Shown: positions 12,806-24,357 of the stretch, in pieces | How the letters are laid out: each line of letters begins with the position of its first letter | Position numbering within the stretch: the first letter of the stretch is position 1 | From: Felis catus | Lineage: Eukaryota | Length of the DNA stretch: 64,000 bases | Reading direction: 5' to 3' | Assembly (NCBI RefSeq): GCF_018350175.1 | Contig: NC_058382.1 | Coordinates: 54,810,001-54,874,000 of the forward strand | Position numbers and translations under genes: made by a program | The notes under the pieces: model-generated | What the model was told of the DNA's origin: nothing | Seen by the model: the letters and a program-made list of their open reading frames with translations, nothing else | The model's database searches: none

Positions 12806-12955
12806 CCGCGGCATAATTTTGGAATTGTGGAGATAGATGGAATGCTGTACATTTTAGGAGGAGAAGACGGTGAGAAAGAGCTGATCTCCATGGAGCGCTA
12901 CGACATTTATTCTAAAACCTGGACAAAGCAACCTGACCTGACCATGGTTAGAAAG
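12806..12955 (+). CDS. GAN: Gigaxonin exon 7 (Kelch), 150 nt, phase 0-0
   Basis: tttcag|CCG CGG CAT...AGA AAG|gtgaga; PRHNFGIVEIDGMLYILGGEDGEKELISMERYDIYSKTWTKQPDLTMVRK. Confidence 0.98.
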
Positions 12956-13533
12956 GTGAGAACCACGTCTTGGGATTGCTCGTTGGGTTTTAAAGTTAAC
13001 GTTGGCTCGTTTCCCACACACGCCCTTTAGTAGGATCAACAGTGTTAGAAGAATGAGTGTCGCGAACTTCTGTCGCTGTCGGTGGCTCGCCTCTGTTACC
13101 AGCCGTCCGCCAGGATAGCGTGTGAGTGCTCACCCTGATGGTGGGCCCTGCGGTGTCCACACCTGTGCTTGCCAGATGTGTCCTGAGGGCGCTGTCCTAG
13201 GAAGCGAGCAGGTCTTCCAGACCTGTTTTCTCAATCATTGTTCAGGCCTGAGGAGACACAGTCTGCAGGCAAGAACCGCCGTTGCATACTGAGTAGAGTG
13301 AAGACACGGCCCCCGTTCCCTGGTGTGGGACGGAGGGGCTCTTGATCACGCCAGACCTTCGGGCAGTCCCGTGGGTATTTACAGCTCAAGTGCTGGGTTC
13401 CCACTATCGGTGCCTGCTCACTTCGGAGCGGGAACTAAGTGACATCCATTCAAGATGGAATCTAAATCTTGGAATCTTCGAAGAGTGGTGGAAGCATGGA
13501 GAGCCTGGAAAGCCCCCTTAACAACTAGGCTTT

Positions 13534-13711
13534 GGGCGCCTGGATGGTTCAGGTGGCTCAGTCTGTTAAGTGTCCGGCTCTTGATTTCGGCTCAGGTTAT
13601 GGTCGCATGGTTTGTGAGATCAAGCCCCGCATCAGGCTCTGCATGGACAGTGTGGAGCCTGCTTGGGATTCTTTCTCTCTCTGCCTCTCCTCTACTTATG
13701 TGCTCTCTCTC

Positions 13712-13755
<44 letters not shown>

Positions 13756-13778
13756 AGTAAATAAATAAACTTTAAAAA
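13534..13778 (+). mobile_element. CAN-SINE with long (CT)n
   Basis: SINEC head carrying a short duplication, body, (CT)n and taaa tail. Confidence 0.92.
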
Positions 13779-13923
13779 CTTAGGGTATTTGTATATCTCA
13801 GTGTAATAGTATTAGATGGAGTTTAACAAACAATATGTGTACTTCCTCCTCTTCTCGTTTTTAAAATCCTGTGTTTGTCAGGTTGGAAAACACCATAGTT
13901 TGACTATTAAAAATCAGATCCTT

Positions 13924-14168
13924 GGGGCGCCGGGGTGGCTCAGTTGGTTAAGCGGCCGACTTTGGCTCAGGTCATGATCTCGCGGTCCGTGAGTTCAAGC
14001 CCCACGTCGGGCTCTGTGCTGACAGCTCAGAGCCTGGAGCCTGTTTCGGATTCTGTGTCTCCCTCTCTGTGACCCTCCCCTGTTCATGCTCTGTCTCTGT
14101 CTCAAAGATAAATAAACGTTAAAAAAAAAAAAATCAACTTGTCTTTAAAAAAAAATACTAAAAAATAA
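13924..14168 (+). mobile_element. Young CAN-SINE with perfect 16-bp TSD
   Basis: TSD taaaaatcagatcctt at 13908-13923 and 14169-14184. CpG-rich body. Confidence 0.95.
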
Positions 14169-14279
14169 TAAAAATCAGATCCTTTCACGGATACCCTTGG
14201 GTACCCTCTAGACTAAAGGTAGCCTCTGTCTAACTCGAATAATCAGTCTTGCCTCCCCTCTGTTGCTTTCTCCTTTCAG

Positions 14280-14416
14280 ATTGGCTGCTATGCAGCTATG
14301 AAAAAGAAAATCTATGCCATGGGCGGAGGATCATATGGAAAACTCTTCGAATCTGTGGAATGTTACGACCCAAGGACCCAGCAGTGGACTGCTATTTGTC
14401 CGCTAAAAGAGAGAAG
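14280..14416 (+). CDS. GAN: Gigaxonin exon 8 (Kelch), 137 nt
   Basis: tttcag|ATT GGC TGC...AGA AG|gtagga; IGCYAAMKKKIYAMGGGSYGKLFESVECYDPRTQQWTAICPLKER(R). Confidence 0.97.
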
Positions 14417-14511
14417 GTAGGAGAGTGTGGACGTGGACTTTGTAGATCCCCCCTTTCTTTCAAATGAACCTTTGTCTTGACTTGGCATTTGGTTTCTCTA
14501 AAAGTAAATGA

Positions 14512-14714
14512 GGGGCACCTGGGTGGCTCAGTCAGTTAAGCGTCTGATTTCCGCTCAGGTCATGATCGTATGGTTCATGAGTTTCAGTCCCACGTCAGGC
14601 TCTGCGTTGACCGTGTGGAGCCTGCTTTGGATCCTGTCTCCGTCTCTCTCTGCCTCTCCCCTCCCCTGCCCACTCTCTCTGTCTCTGTCTCTCTCTCTCT
14701 CAAAAATAAATAAA
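14512..14714 (+). mobile_element. CAN-SINE in intron 8
   Basis: SINEC head, body, (CT)n and caaaaataaataaa tail. Confidence 0.93.
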
Positions 14715-14925
14715 GGGGGAGGGGAAGGGAGGGAAGTTACAGAGAGGGAAGGAGGCAAACCATAAGAGACTCTTAAGGCCTGAGAATAAACTAAGGGTAG
14801 ATGGGGGTTGGGGGAGAGGGGAAAGTGGGTGATGGGCAATGAGGAGGGCACCTGTTGGGATGAGCACTGGGTGTTGTATGGAAACCAATTTGACAATAAA
14901 TTTCATATTAAATAAATAAATAAAT
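14715..14925 (+). mobile_element. 5'-truncated carnivore/felid L1 3' end
   Basis: 'ggcaaaccataagagactctt...gggatgagcactgggtgttgtatggaaaccaatttgacaataaatttcat' plus (taaa)n tail, recognised as the felid L1 3'UTR terminus. Confidence 0.88.
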
Positions 14926-15106
14926 AGATAGATAGATTTTTTAAAAAGTAAATGAAGAATCCATCTCCTAAAAAGGAAGACCCACATATTCATGAAACCC
15001 TGTATGTCATGGGGTTACAACAAACATAAGAGGAGTTACGGAATCAATCCATTTACAACCATGGGTTGTAAATCCAATAGCTGATATGCTCTGTGTGGTC
15101 TTTCAG

Positions 15107-15235
15107 ATTTGGAGCTGTGGCCTGTGGAGTTGCCATGGAACTGTATGTTTTTGGGGGAGTCAGAAGTCGTGAAGACATCCAGGGCAGTGAGATGGTCACT
15201 TGCAAGTCTGAATTCTACCACGATGAGTTTAAAAG
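15107..15235 (+). CDS. GAN: Gigaxonin exon 9 (Kelch), 129 nt
   Basis: tttcag|A TTT GGA...AAA AG|gtaatt; FGAVACGVAMELYVFGGVRSREDIQGSEMVTCKSEFYHDEFK(R). Confidence 0.97.
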
Positions 15236-16934
15236 GTAATTATGAGCGGTTTCACCTAACTTCTGCAACTTTTCCTTTACGCTTTCAAAGTCGTGTCTTA
15301 GATTTGTTTAGTTTGGTTTTCAAGTGACTTTACTGAATTATCCCATCCATTTAGGACATATGCCTAATGCCCACTAGATATTTAGTCTGACTTCAGAAGT
15401 ATTTCTAACCTAAAACCATTGAAAAGCGTTTCCGAAATCTGTATCAGACCTCAATCCTTGGTTACTTAAAATCATTTTTGGCTATAAAAAAAAGCTATAG
15501 CTTTTAAAGTTTAAACTCGTTAACCTAGCATGTATGACTTAGCATGATACGGCCTTTGTCTATTCTCTCCGCTAGTCTTCCACACAGATGCTTTGCTTGA
15601 GTCCTGCCGAGCAGCCTTTTCCCCCCAAACACATTATGATGATCTCAGCTCTGTGCTGTTGTACTATTCCTTTTGCCTAAAATTTCCCTTCCAATATTTA
15701 TCCAATTAATATGCCCTTTTCCGAGACTGTGCTTGATGGTCTGCTGCTCGGAGAAAGCCTTCTCACACCTCCCGGTCCGATTTAGGTTCCTCAGTCTGTG
15801 ATGCCGGGACATTCAATTCATGTCTCGTGGCTTGCCGTCGTTAACCCTAAGGTTCTTAGGGGCAAGATTCAGCTGGCCAGCTCTAGATCTTAGCTTCAGC
15901 AGCACACCTTACCTGTGTCAGCTGCTCAATGGAAGGTTGGTTCTGTGGATGGAAGTGTGGTGTCAGTCTTCAAGCGTCTGATAGGTTGCCATACCTGTCT
16001 TGTAGAGTGGGCACCCTCCCACCCGCCTCCTCCCCTTCTCGCCTCTCACACATCTTACTGTGATAGCCACTAAACAGGACTATTCCCTTCAAATCCTAGA
16101 GGTCATGGGAAAATTCGTCTTGTTACGGGATTTCAACCGTGTTACCAGAAGGGGGTGCTATCATTCAGCGTTTAATTTCTTACTGTTTTAGATTAGGGCA
16201 AACAAGGTGAAGTTTCCAAGACTTTAGAGATAGAAATAAATGTCACCTAACTTTTAACGTATTTTATATTCAGGATATTTGCATAGCCTTTTTCCCTCCT
16301 TCAATTATAGGAATAGACAGTGTTAGGAAAATTTATTAGACAAAGTTTGGGAGCAATTGAGAGAATGTCTGCTGTGGGGTTAAGGTGGGGGGTGGGGGGG
16401 GGCAGAATTTCAAAGACTTTCTACATTTCTCTTGATACATTACTGTGAGGGCCAACTGTCCAAGATATAAAGTACTGTGTTAATTCCTGCCCGACTGAAT
16501 CTTGAGACCGTCTGCTCAACTTGACTTACAAGCACTGGTCAGTGCGTTTGATTTCTGGTAAAATACTGACACGCACCTTTTTCGTGATGACCGAGTTACT
16601 ATTTAGGCCCCGTGAGCTATAGGATGCCACTTGTCTGCTGGAGTAATTAAGGCCACTGATGCCTCACTCTTCCCTGTCCCTGTTGGTTTATAGGACTTAA
16701 ATCTGGCTACACAGTTTCTCAGTCTGTCCTTGATATGCTATAAATCACTAGAACCTTTATATTTCTTCCAGGCTGTTTCATATTTATAGTTGATAAGCTT
16801 GAATGTAAGTGTATTACTTGCTTTCAGTTTGTAAGTATTAGACACAAGAGTATGGCTCCTTCCTTGCTAGTTAAAAGCACTTCCAAATAAATTCAGGGAT
16901 TGTTAGTTTCCTTCTATCTAAGCTGTCCAATGTT

Positions 16935-17268
16935 AGTTTTTTTTGTTTGCTAATGTTTATTTACTTATTTTGAGAGAGAAACAGAGAGCATGCATGTACA
17001 AGCAGAGGAGGGACACAGAGAGAGGGAGAGAGAGAATCCCAAGCAGGGATTCTGTCACCGTAGAACCCAACACAGGGCTCAAACTCACAAACTGTAAGAT
17101 CATGACCTGAGGGGAAATCGAGAGTCAGATGCTTAACTGACTGAGCCACCCAGGGACCCCTGTCCATTGTTAGTTTTTAAAGTAAGCTCAAGGCCCCATG
17201 TGGGGCTTGAACTCAAGACCCCGAGATCAAGAATCAATGCTCTACCCACCGAGCCAGCCAGGCGCCCG
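16935..17268 (-). mobile_element. Antisense CAN-SINE (16935-17160) plus short tRNA-derived SINE (17175-17268)
   Basis: Reverse-complement SINEC. The second element reads 'gggcgcctggctggctcgg...gagttcaagccccac...gagcttactttaaaaa' on the minus strand. Confidence 0.88.
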
Positions 17269-18499
17269 CCAGTGTTCATTTTTAAATAATAGAATGAGGA
17301 AAGCTGAATTTCTCTTGTCAGTATGACATCTACGATTCTTCCTTGTTTAGGTGACACTAGATACATACATAACACTAAGTGCCGTGGATTAACTCGTTCA
17401 TAACTCATTCGGTCTTCAAAAAGCAACCCTCTGAGTATCGGTGCTCCTTTTCTTCCAATTTTACACCGAAGCACAGAGAGGTTACGTAATGTGCCCAAAG
17501 ACACACAGGTCTCACGAGTGGTGGGGCTGGAATTTGAACTCAGGCACTCTGGCCACACAGTCACCTTTCCAGCCACCACACCGTATGGCCTTAAAACACA
17601 GGCTTTCCCGTAAATCTCTACAGGAAGAAAGTTACATATAGCAGTAGTTTATTTCTCAACAGAGCAGATGTTTCCAAGTATGTTATATTTGCATACCATG
17701 GAAACTGTTGCCAGATGAGCAATCTGCGTTAGATTGGAGAACATTTATTGTTTTTAAGTAATCTCTTGTCTTTCCTGTCTTTGTTCCCTATTTTTAGGTT
17801 AAAACTTTCCTGGAAAAATGCCATATCGTATTTTCTGTGTTTCTGACTAAAAACAAAACTGTTTGAAGGAGAGCAAAGAAATTGCCCTAACTCATGCCAC
17901 GTCGTAGTAGCCACTTCGTGAATCCAGAATGACAGGCATCCCCTACTACTGCGCCCGGTGTCACGGCTCCCTCACTAGTCCTGCCACCCTCCCAGTTATC
18001 CACACCCAAAAAAGCTCATCTTCGATTCTGTCTTGTGCTTCACATCTCATCCGTCGCCCAGTCTTGTCCCCTTTTTTTAGACTCTGGCATATTTTCCACA
18101 TCACCCGCCTTCATTTCTCTGCTCCCGCCCCGCTGTGTCCGTGCCGTCCTGTGTGCAGCATCATTAGCCTTCTAACCAGGTTTCCTGTACTTGTTCCCTA
18201 TTTGTGTTTTTGAAAGATGAATGGGACTTTGGTCGTCGCACTCTCCCACTGGAAATTCTTGGTATTTCCCCACTGCTTACCGAACAGAGATGGTAGTGTG
18301 TTCCCCCCTGCTGGGGTTCCCCGCTCTCTGAGGTTAAGAGAAATGCTCAGCCTTTTCCAGTCTCTTCCTTCCATGTCCTGCACTCCAGCCCCCTTCTTTA
18401 CGCATCCCGTGTTTGACGGCCTCCCCACGTGCGTTCAGCCCGGATGCCCCCCTTTGGTTTCTATAGACCAGTCATGGTGACTGTTGAAGTCAAGGCCTG

Positions 18500-19190
18500 T
18501 CGGTTTCATGTTTTGATCCCCGAACGTGTAGTTGAGCAGACTTACTTGACAGCCGGCGGAGTCCCGTGTTGGTTCTCTGACCCGCGGGGTCAGGGGCCGT
18601 TATGGTAAGAAGGGCTAAGGGAAGTCCGCTGTAACTTTCCTTCCCTACCACGACGGAAGACCGGAAGCAGTTCTGCCCCCTTGAGCAATTGACAGAAATT
18701 GGTTCCGCCGCCGAAGACTTGAAAATGCAAGAGTGGGGCTACCTCTCACGTCCCCACTTAACTCACCCAAAAGGTAGAAAAGGCAGGTGGATTTTGGACA
18801 ACAGCCGTGTGCTTTCATAAACGTAATCAGATGGTTACACGGATCACAGACTTAGTCCCAGATGTAGTATCTTTATGCGGATGTTGTGTCCTTATGCAAC
18901 GTGGTCCCCGGCCTTGATATGCTGCTGTTGACCTAGCTCCTGCTTTTTCTTCATACCGATATGCAGGGACTCCCAGAAGCAGTTTGCCTGGCAGGGCCAG
19001 TGGTACCCCTGCACTGCCTGGCCTCAGAGCCACGTCAGCCCTGCTGTCTGCCCTCTGTTAGTCCGGGGGGATTTTGATCATCTTGGTGTTCCATTAAGAC
19101 ATCCTGTCGGTCTGCCCCTTGGCGTTATGCTGTTTGAATCTGATGGTTAGGAAGTAGCCTTTGTAAGACACCGGGAGATGAACCGCACTC
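18500..19190 (+). mobile_element. Degenerate ERV-L internal (pro/pol, RT N-terminal) fragment
   Basis: Collinear resemblance to recalled HERV-L-type pol: 'ttatggtaagaagggctaag', 'gacttgaaaatgcaagagtgg', 'cccagatgtagtatctt', 'tatgctgctgttgacctagc..tgctttttcttcatacc', 'ccagaagcagtttgcct', 'gattttgatcatctt'. No open frame. Confidence 0.75.
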
Positions 19191-19641
19191 CTGACCAGAT
19201 CTGTTTCAGCCGTGGCCCAGTCAAGGGGCAGAAACCACACCGGTCATCTGAACAGGGAAGACGTAATTCACACGATCACTCACTAGTAAGAGGTGGTTAA
19301 CTGCCGATGGGTGAAAGAGAGCTCTGAGGAGTGCAGAAATAGCTAATTTGGGCAGTGCAGCCACTGCTACCTTTAGGGCTGAGGGAAGTACCCTAAGAAG
19401 GAGCATGTTGGGAAGAGAGAGGCCTCCCCACCCTGCAAGGTGCGCCGTGGCCACCGCGTGCAGGACGCCGGGGAGCTGGGGGCAGAGCTGGTGTGCAGGA
19501 AGCGGCCTGCTGGGTGGCAGAGGACCTTGCTGAGGGCAAGCACCTCTGGGCCTCCTGCCTGCAGCCCGAGGGAGGAAGGAAAGAGGCACACCAAGCCCGG
19601 GAAAGAAGCCCTTTCCCCTACCTGGCCTCGCGGTCCCTCCG

Positions 19642-19655
19642 GCGCCCCCTATTGG
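19642..19655 (-). promoter_or_regulatory. Candidate CTCF site in intron 9
   Basis: Minus strand reads CCAATAGGGGGCGC, one mismatch to CCASYAGRKGGCRS. Confidence 0.35.
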
Positions 19656-20914
19656 CAGAGCCTAACACGGAGTTCATCTTCTCAAGGCCCTTCATTTTCT
19701 CCACTGTGTTTCGCTCTCATCTCATGTACTGTTTCCTTCTTTTGACTTACTTTGGGTTTTGCTCTTCCCTAGCCAGATTCTTCAGGTAGAATTTTAGATT
19801 TCTTCCTTTCTTTGCCGAAATCTCCTATCTTCTCGGAAGCGTGTTTCCCTTTCTCTCTCGAGCGTAGTTACTCTGGCCACGTTCAAGTCCCCACCTGATA
19901 GATCATCCCGGCACCCCGGGCACGTCAGAGTTGGTGTCTGTTTATGGTTTGTTCCCTTGAGAATGGGTCCTCCTTTCTCTGGCTCTTCGTCGGTTGAGTA
20001 ATTCTGGGCTGCGTCCCGGACATCGTGAATGGTACGTTGTCGGGGCCCCGAGGTCCTTTCTGGTGCTGTCAGAGCATTGCACTGACAGTTTTAGCAGCCA
20101 CGCACCTCGTGGGATTCCTTGGAGGCTGTAACACCTGCTGCACACAGCCGCTCGAGCCCGTCTTCAGTTCCGGAGGCCCACCTCAGGTTCAAGTTCTCAC
20201 GGTTCCGGGCTCACGGACTCAAGGCTGCCTTTGGCCCACACTACCAGACCACTGGCAGGCTCCCTCCCTGGGGTTGTGTGCTCGACTCTCACCTTCTTTC
20301 CCCAAATCTGCCTGCTTTGGCTTAGTCTCCAGAGCCGTCGGGCAGTGGTCTTTGGTCTCTTGCCCGGAGTTTATGGCACCTGCTTTCTCCCAGGGGGATC
20401 AGCTTGTTAAGAGCTTCCTTTTCCCTCCTGGAAGCAGAACCTCACTAAAGCTCCCTCTGTCTTTCTCCTCTCCAGTTGATCGCCCGTCCCTCTCCCCTCT
20501 TCACTGTCCCTCCTCCCCTGACCTTCCCTCCCGTCCTGCTCTCTCTAAAGCTCACTGCCACAAGCCAGGCTATATTCTGAAGTCTCCTTCACAGGGGACA
20601 TTGCTCATTCTAAGTTAGCAGAGGACCGTCCTTGCAGCCTCAAGTCCTCATAAGACCGTGTTTGAAAACATTGTAACTAAAGGCATACCACTGCCCTGTC
20701 CGTTACAAAAATGACTATCACTCTGGGATGGCCGCTAGGTGCTGGCCGCTGTGCAAAGCACTTTACGCTGGCCACTTGAGCTCATGCCCACAGGTCATTC
20801 GATGTCAGTGGGGGTGTTTGGTCTCTGCATTTGACACATGACAGCTAAATTGTCCAAGGTCGACGAGGTGCTAGATGGCAGAGAAAGAAAGGCAAAACCG
20901 TATGCCTTTTATTC

Positions 20915-21098
20915 CTGTTTTGTTTTTTTTTTTTTTTAATGTGTCTTTTTGGGGGGAAAGGGGCAGAGAGAGAGGGAGACAGAGGATCCAAAGCAGCCTC
21001 CCTGCTGCCAGCCTGATGCAAGGCTCCAACCCACGAACTGTGAGATCATGACCTGAGCTGAAGTCGGACGCGTAACCGACTGAGCCACCCAGGTGCCC
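20915..21098 (-). mobile_element. CAN-SINE
   Basis: T-tail, then '...gagatcatgacctgagctgaagtcggacg...gagccacccaggtgccc'. Confidence 0.92.
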
Positions 21099-22329
21099 TT
21101 TTTATATCCGTTTTACAAGCAGCAAGTAAATACATGATGCACTTAAGTTTTTGTATCAGTTTTATTTCATCTGAAGCCTCCGCATTATATGAAGTAGATC
21201 ACCTAGGATTATTTGTCTGAAACCCAGGAACTCTGAGTCATTGATCCGCTTTGGACCAAATTTGGTAGATCATCTACATAGACCGATTGCCTCAGCTTTG
21301 TTTAATTATTCCAGGGAGGAATAATGTGAGATTCTCAACTCTACAAAATTATGCCAAAATATTGTTGTGTTCTGATGTGCTTTTCAGTAAATAATCTAGT
21401 CACAGATGTTCAGTCAGCAGTGCCGGTTACCCTCGTGCGGATACACATGGCCCCGTCATGGATTCGCCTGGAGGGGTCGTGTGCCTCCCCACTGGCCTTG
21501 GTCCTGGATGTAGGGTGCAGCTGGAGACAAGGCCTGGGGACACTCACTGGCTTCATTTGATTCAGAACCTGGGAAGAATTGAAATGTCAGGGCTTCAATA
21601 TTGATGTTTATCCCTGAAGACATAAGATGTGAGTAAGCCAGTTACTGTAGTCCGACGTTTTCAGACACTTTCTTTCAAAGGCCTGTTCAGGTCCCCATTT
21701 TGACTTTTCAGGGAGAGCTCTTGGATGTTTCCGTTTCCCTATTTCCTAGAGACATTTTGGGAGCAGGGACCAAACCATTCCTAGTCCCGGCAAACTGCTG
21801 GGTACCAGTCACCATTCAGATGTAAGATGAATCAAATGTTGCACGAAGGGCTTAAGACTCTGGCAGCCTTACATTAGCCTTGCTTTGCAGTGGTTATGTG
21901 ATCTCGGAAGGTCCGCGCTGCTTAGAATTCCAAATACGGAAGCTGCTGCTTTGTAACAATCTGGGAAGAGTTCTTTGAAAGGAGAGTGCTGTTCTTAGAG
22001 AAACAGTTTCACATTTGTATTTAACACGGAGATGCGCTGGATCTCAGCCGCCGTCTTCCCGGACACTCGATAGCACAGAGTTGGAGATACAGGAATAACG
22101 TCCATACGCCCTGCGCTGCAGTAACGAGTGTAGGCCTGGACGTGGTAGTTCTTAAGGGCTTAGATACAATCCCGGGGTCTGATGAGGTCTGCTACACCCG
22201 CAGCTATGTCTTTAGCTCTTAAAGGGAAATTGTTTGGTCCAATTACTTTAAGTGAACGCCATTATATAGCAGAATCTATGGTTGGTGGTGGTGGTGTTCA
22301 AACCCGCCAACAAACAAACAAACAAAAAA

Positions 22330-22990
22330 CGCTTTTATCTTGGAATAGTTTTACACTGATAGGAAAGTTGCAAAAATAGAGTCTGCATTAAGCCATGCAC
22401 CCAGCTTCTCCTCATGTTAACATCTTACGTAACCATAGTACAGATATCAAAATCGGGATATTTATGTTGGTACAGTACTGTTAAGTAAATACAGTCTTCA
22501 TTCGAATTTCACCAGCTCATCCACTAATCTCTTTTTCCTTTGCTCTGGGATCCCATGCGGGATCCGACAACATACTCAGGTGTGTTTCTTTAGTCTTTTT
22601 TCATCTGCGATGGTTCCTTGGTCTTTCCCTGCCTTTGATGACCATGGTATTCTTGAAGATAATTGGTCCGTGTTTTTATAGGATGTCTTTTAATTTGGGT
22701 GTGTCTGAGGATTTCTCACGATTAAGCTGAGGTTTGGTTACGCGTTTTTGGCTGGGACACCGCGCAACTCTGTGAGTTATAAATGCGGTGCTATCGTTTT
22801 TTATTTTGTTACTCAACCGTTCCAGCTTTGGCCACTGGGAACGCCTTCCTGTCAGCTCTGTGTCCTTCGGACACACCCCGTCCTCTAAGCACTTCCTGTC
22901 AGGCGCACAAGGCACTCCAGGCTCATCTTGTGTTTTCTGTCTCGCCTGGGGAATCAGCCATATCTTTTTAGAGGCCTGGGTCCTTTTAGT
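22330..22990 (-). mobile_element. Old L1M (MC/MD-like) 3' end, antisense
   Basis: 'aaagttgcaaaaatag...cacccagcttctcctcatgttaacatcttacgtaaccatagtaca' is characteristic of the antisense L1M 3'UTR. Confidence 0.72.
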
Positions 22991-22997
22991 GGCTATT

Positions 22998-24150
22998 AAA
23001 TTGATTTTCAACAGAAGGGCCAAGACAGTTTAGTGGGGAAAGAAACGTCTCTTCAGCAAATGGGACTAGAGCAATTAGAGGTCTGCACGGAAGGAAAGTG
23101 AACATCTACCTAATTCCGTTCCGAAAATTCAACTCGAAATGTGTCGTAAGACGTGAGTGTAAAAGCTGAAACTGTGAAGTCTCCAGAAGAAAGCATAAGA
23201 GGAAAACCTCTGCAGCCTTGGAATAGGCAGGGATTTCCTAGAAGGACATAGAAAGCGTGACCTTTAAGAAAGAAAGAAAGAAAGAGGGAGAGAGAGAGAG
23301 GGAGGGAGAGAGAGAGAGGGAGAGAGAGAGAGGAAGAAAAGAATAAATTGTGATTCATCAAAATTAAAGACTCTTCTTCAAAAGTCTCCATTAAGAACAT
23401 GAAAAGATAATCTACAAGCCGGGGAAAATATTGATGATCTGCGTATCTAACAAAGGACTTGTATCCCCAAAACACAAAGAATCTTATGATTCAAGAAGAA
23501 AATAGAGAACCCAGTTTCAAGAATGAGCAAATCTTTGAGCAGACATTTCACAAAAGAAGACCGATAAAATGGCCAGTGAGCACACACAGAGACCCCCAGC
23601 ATCTTTCTTTTCCGGGAAGCCCGCAAGCCCACGCCACGAACGTGGCCGAAATCAGAAAGACCGACATTCCCGAGAGCTGGCAGTAATCCCCGGCGATAGG
23701 AAGCCTCAGATGTTGCTCATTGGGACGGAGAATGGCACAACACTTTGGAAGACGGTGCGGCATTTCCTTACCCGGTGGAATACACCTTTAGCTGTATAAC
23801 CAGTTCTGTGACATAACATCCACAAAGAAGATTTACACTCCAGTGTCCAAAACAGCTTTATTCACAGGAGCCGAACGCCGGAAAGCACCCAAAGGAACAT
23901 GGGCGAGGGAACGCATAAACAAATTCTGGTACATCCATACAATGGAAAACCACTTAAAATTGTAAGAAACAGAGTATGGATATAAGCCACGGGGTACTGA
24001 GTCTCGGGAACGTTTTGCTGAGCAAAAGAAGCAGATTGAAAAGTGCGTACGCTTTGTGTTTCAAAGTGGGTGCCGTTCTAGAACGGACAAAATGAGGTAT
24101 CGTCCATAGTGACAGGAAGGAAATGGGGAAGCAGGTTGAGCTGAACTGGT
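22998..24150 (+). mobile_element. Old L1M ORF2 3' part
   Basis: 'ttgattttcaacagaagggccaag...tcttcagcaaatggg', 'acaaaggacttgtatcc', 'tggtacatccatacaatggaa'. Contains a (GA)n tract at about 23268-23340. Confidence 0.8.
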
Positions 24151-24247
24151 GCGGGGCCTTGTCCTCTGGACGGGTCAACCACCTTTGTCGTCTTCCTAGA
24201 CCTCGTCCTCTTGACTTCCTTCGTTTTCTCTGTCTGTTCGTTTTCAG

Positions 24248-24357
24248 GTGGATCTACCTTAACGACCAGAATTTATGCATCCCCGCCAGTTCTTCTTTTG
24301 TTTATGGAGCTGTCCCCATAGGAGCCAGCATTTATGTCATCGGAGATCTCGATACAG
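24248..24357 (+). CDS. GAN: Gigaxonin exon 10, 110 nt
   Basis: tttcag|G TGG ATC...ACA G|gtaagc; WIYLNDQNLCIPASSSFVYGAVPIGASIYVIGDLDT. Confidence 0.97.

Noticed and set aside
20025..20618. 197-aa ORF in intron 9
   Set aside because: Low-complexity Ser/Pro/Leu-rich translation, non-ATG start, no homology I can recognise.
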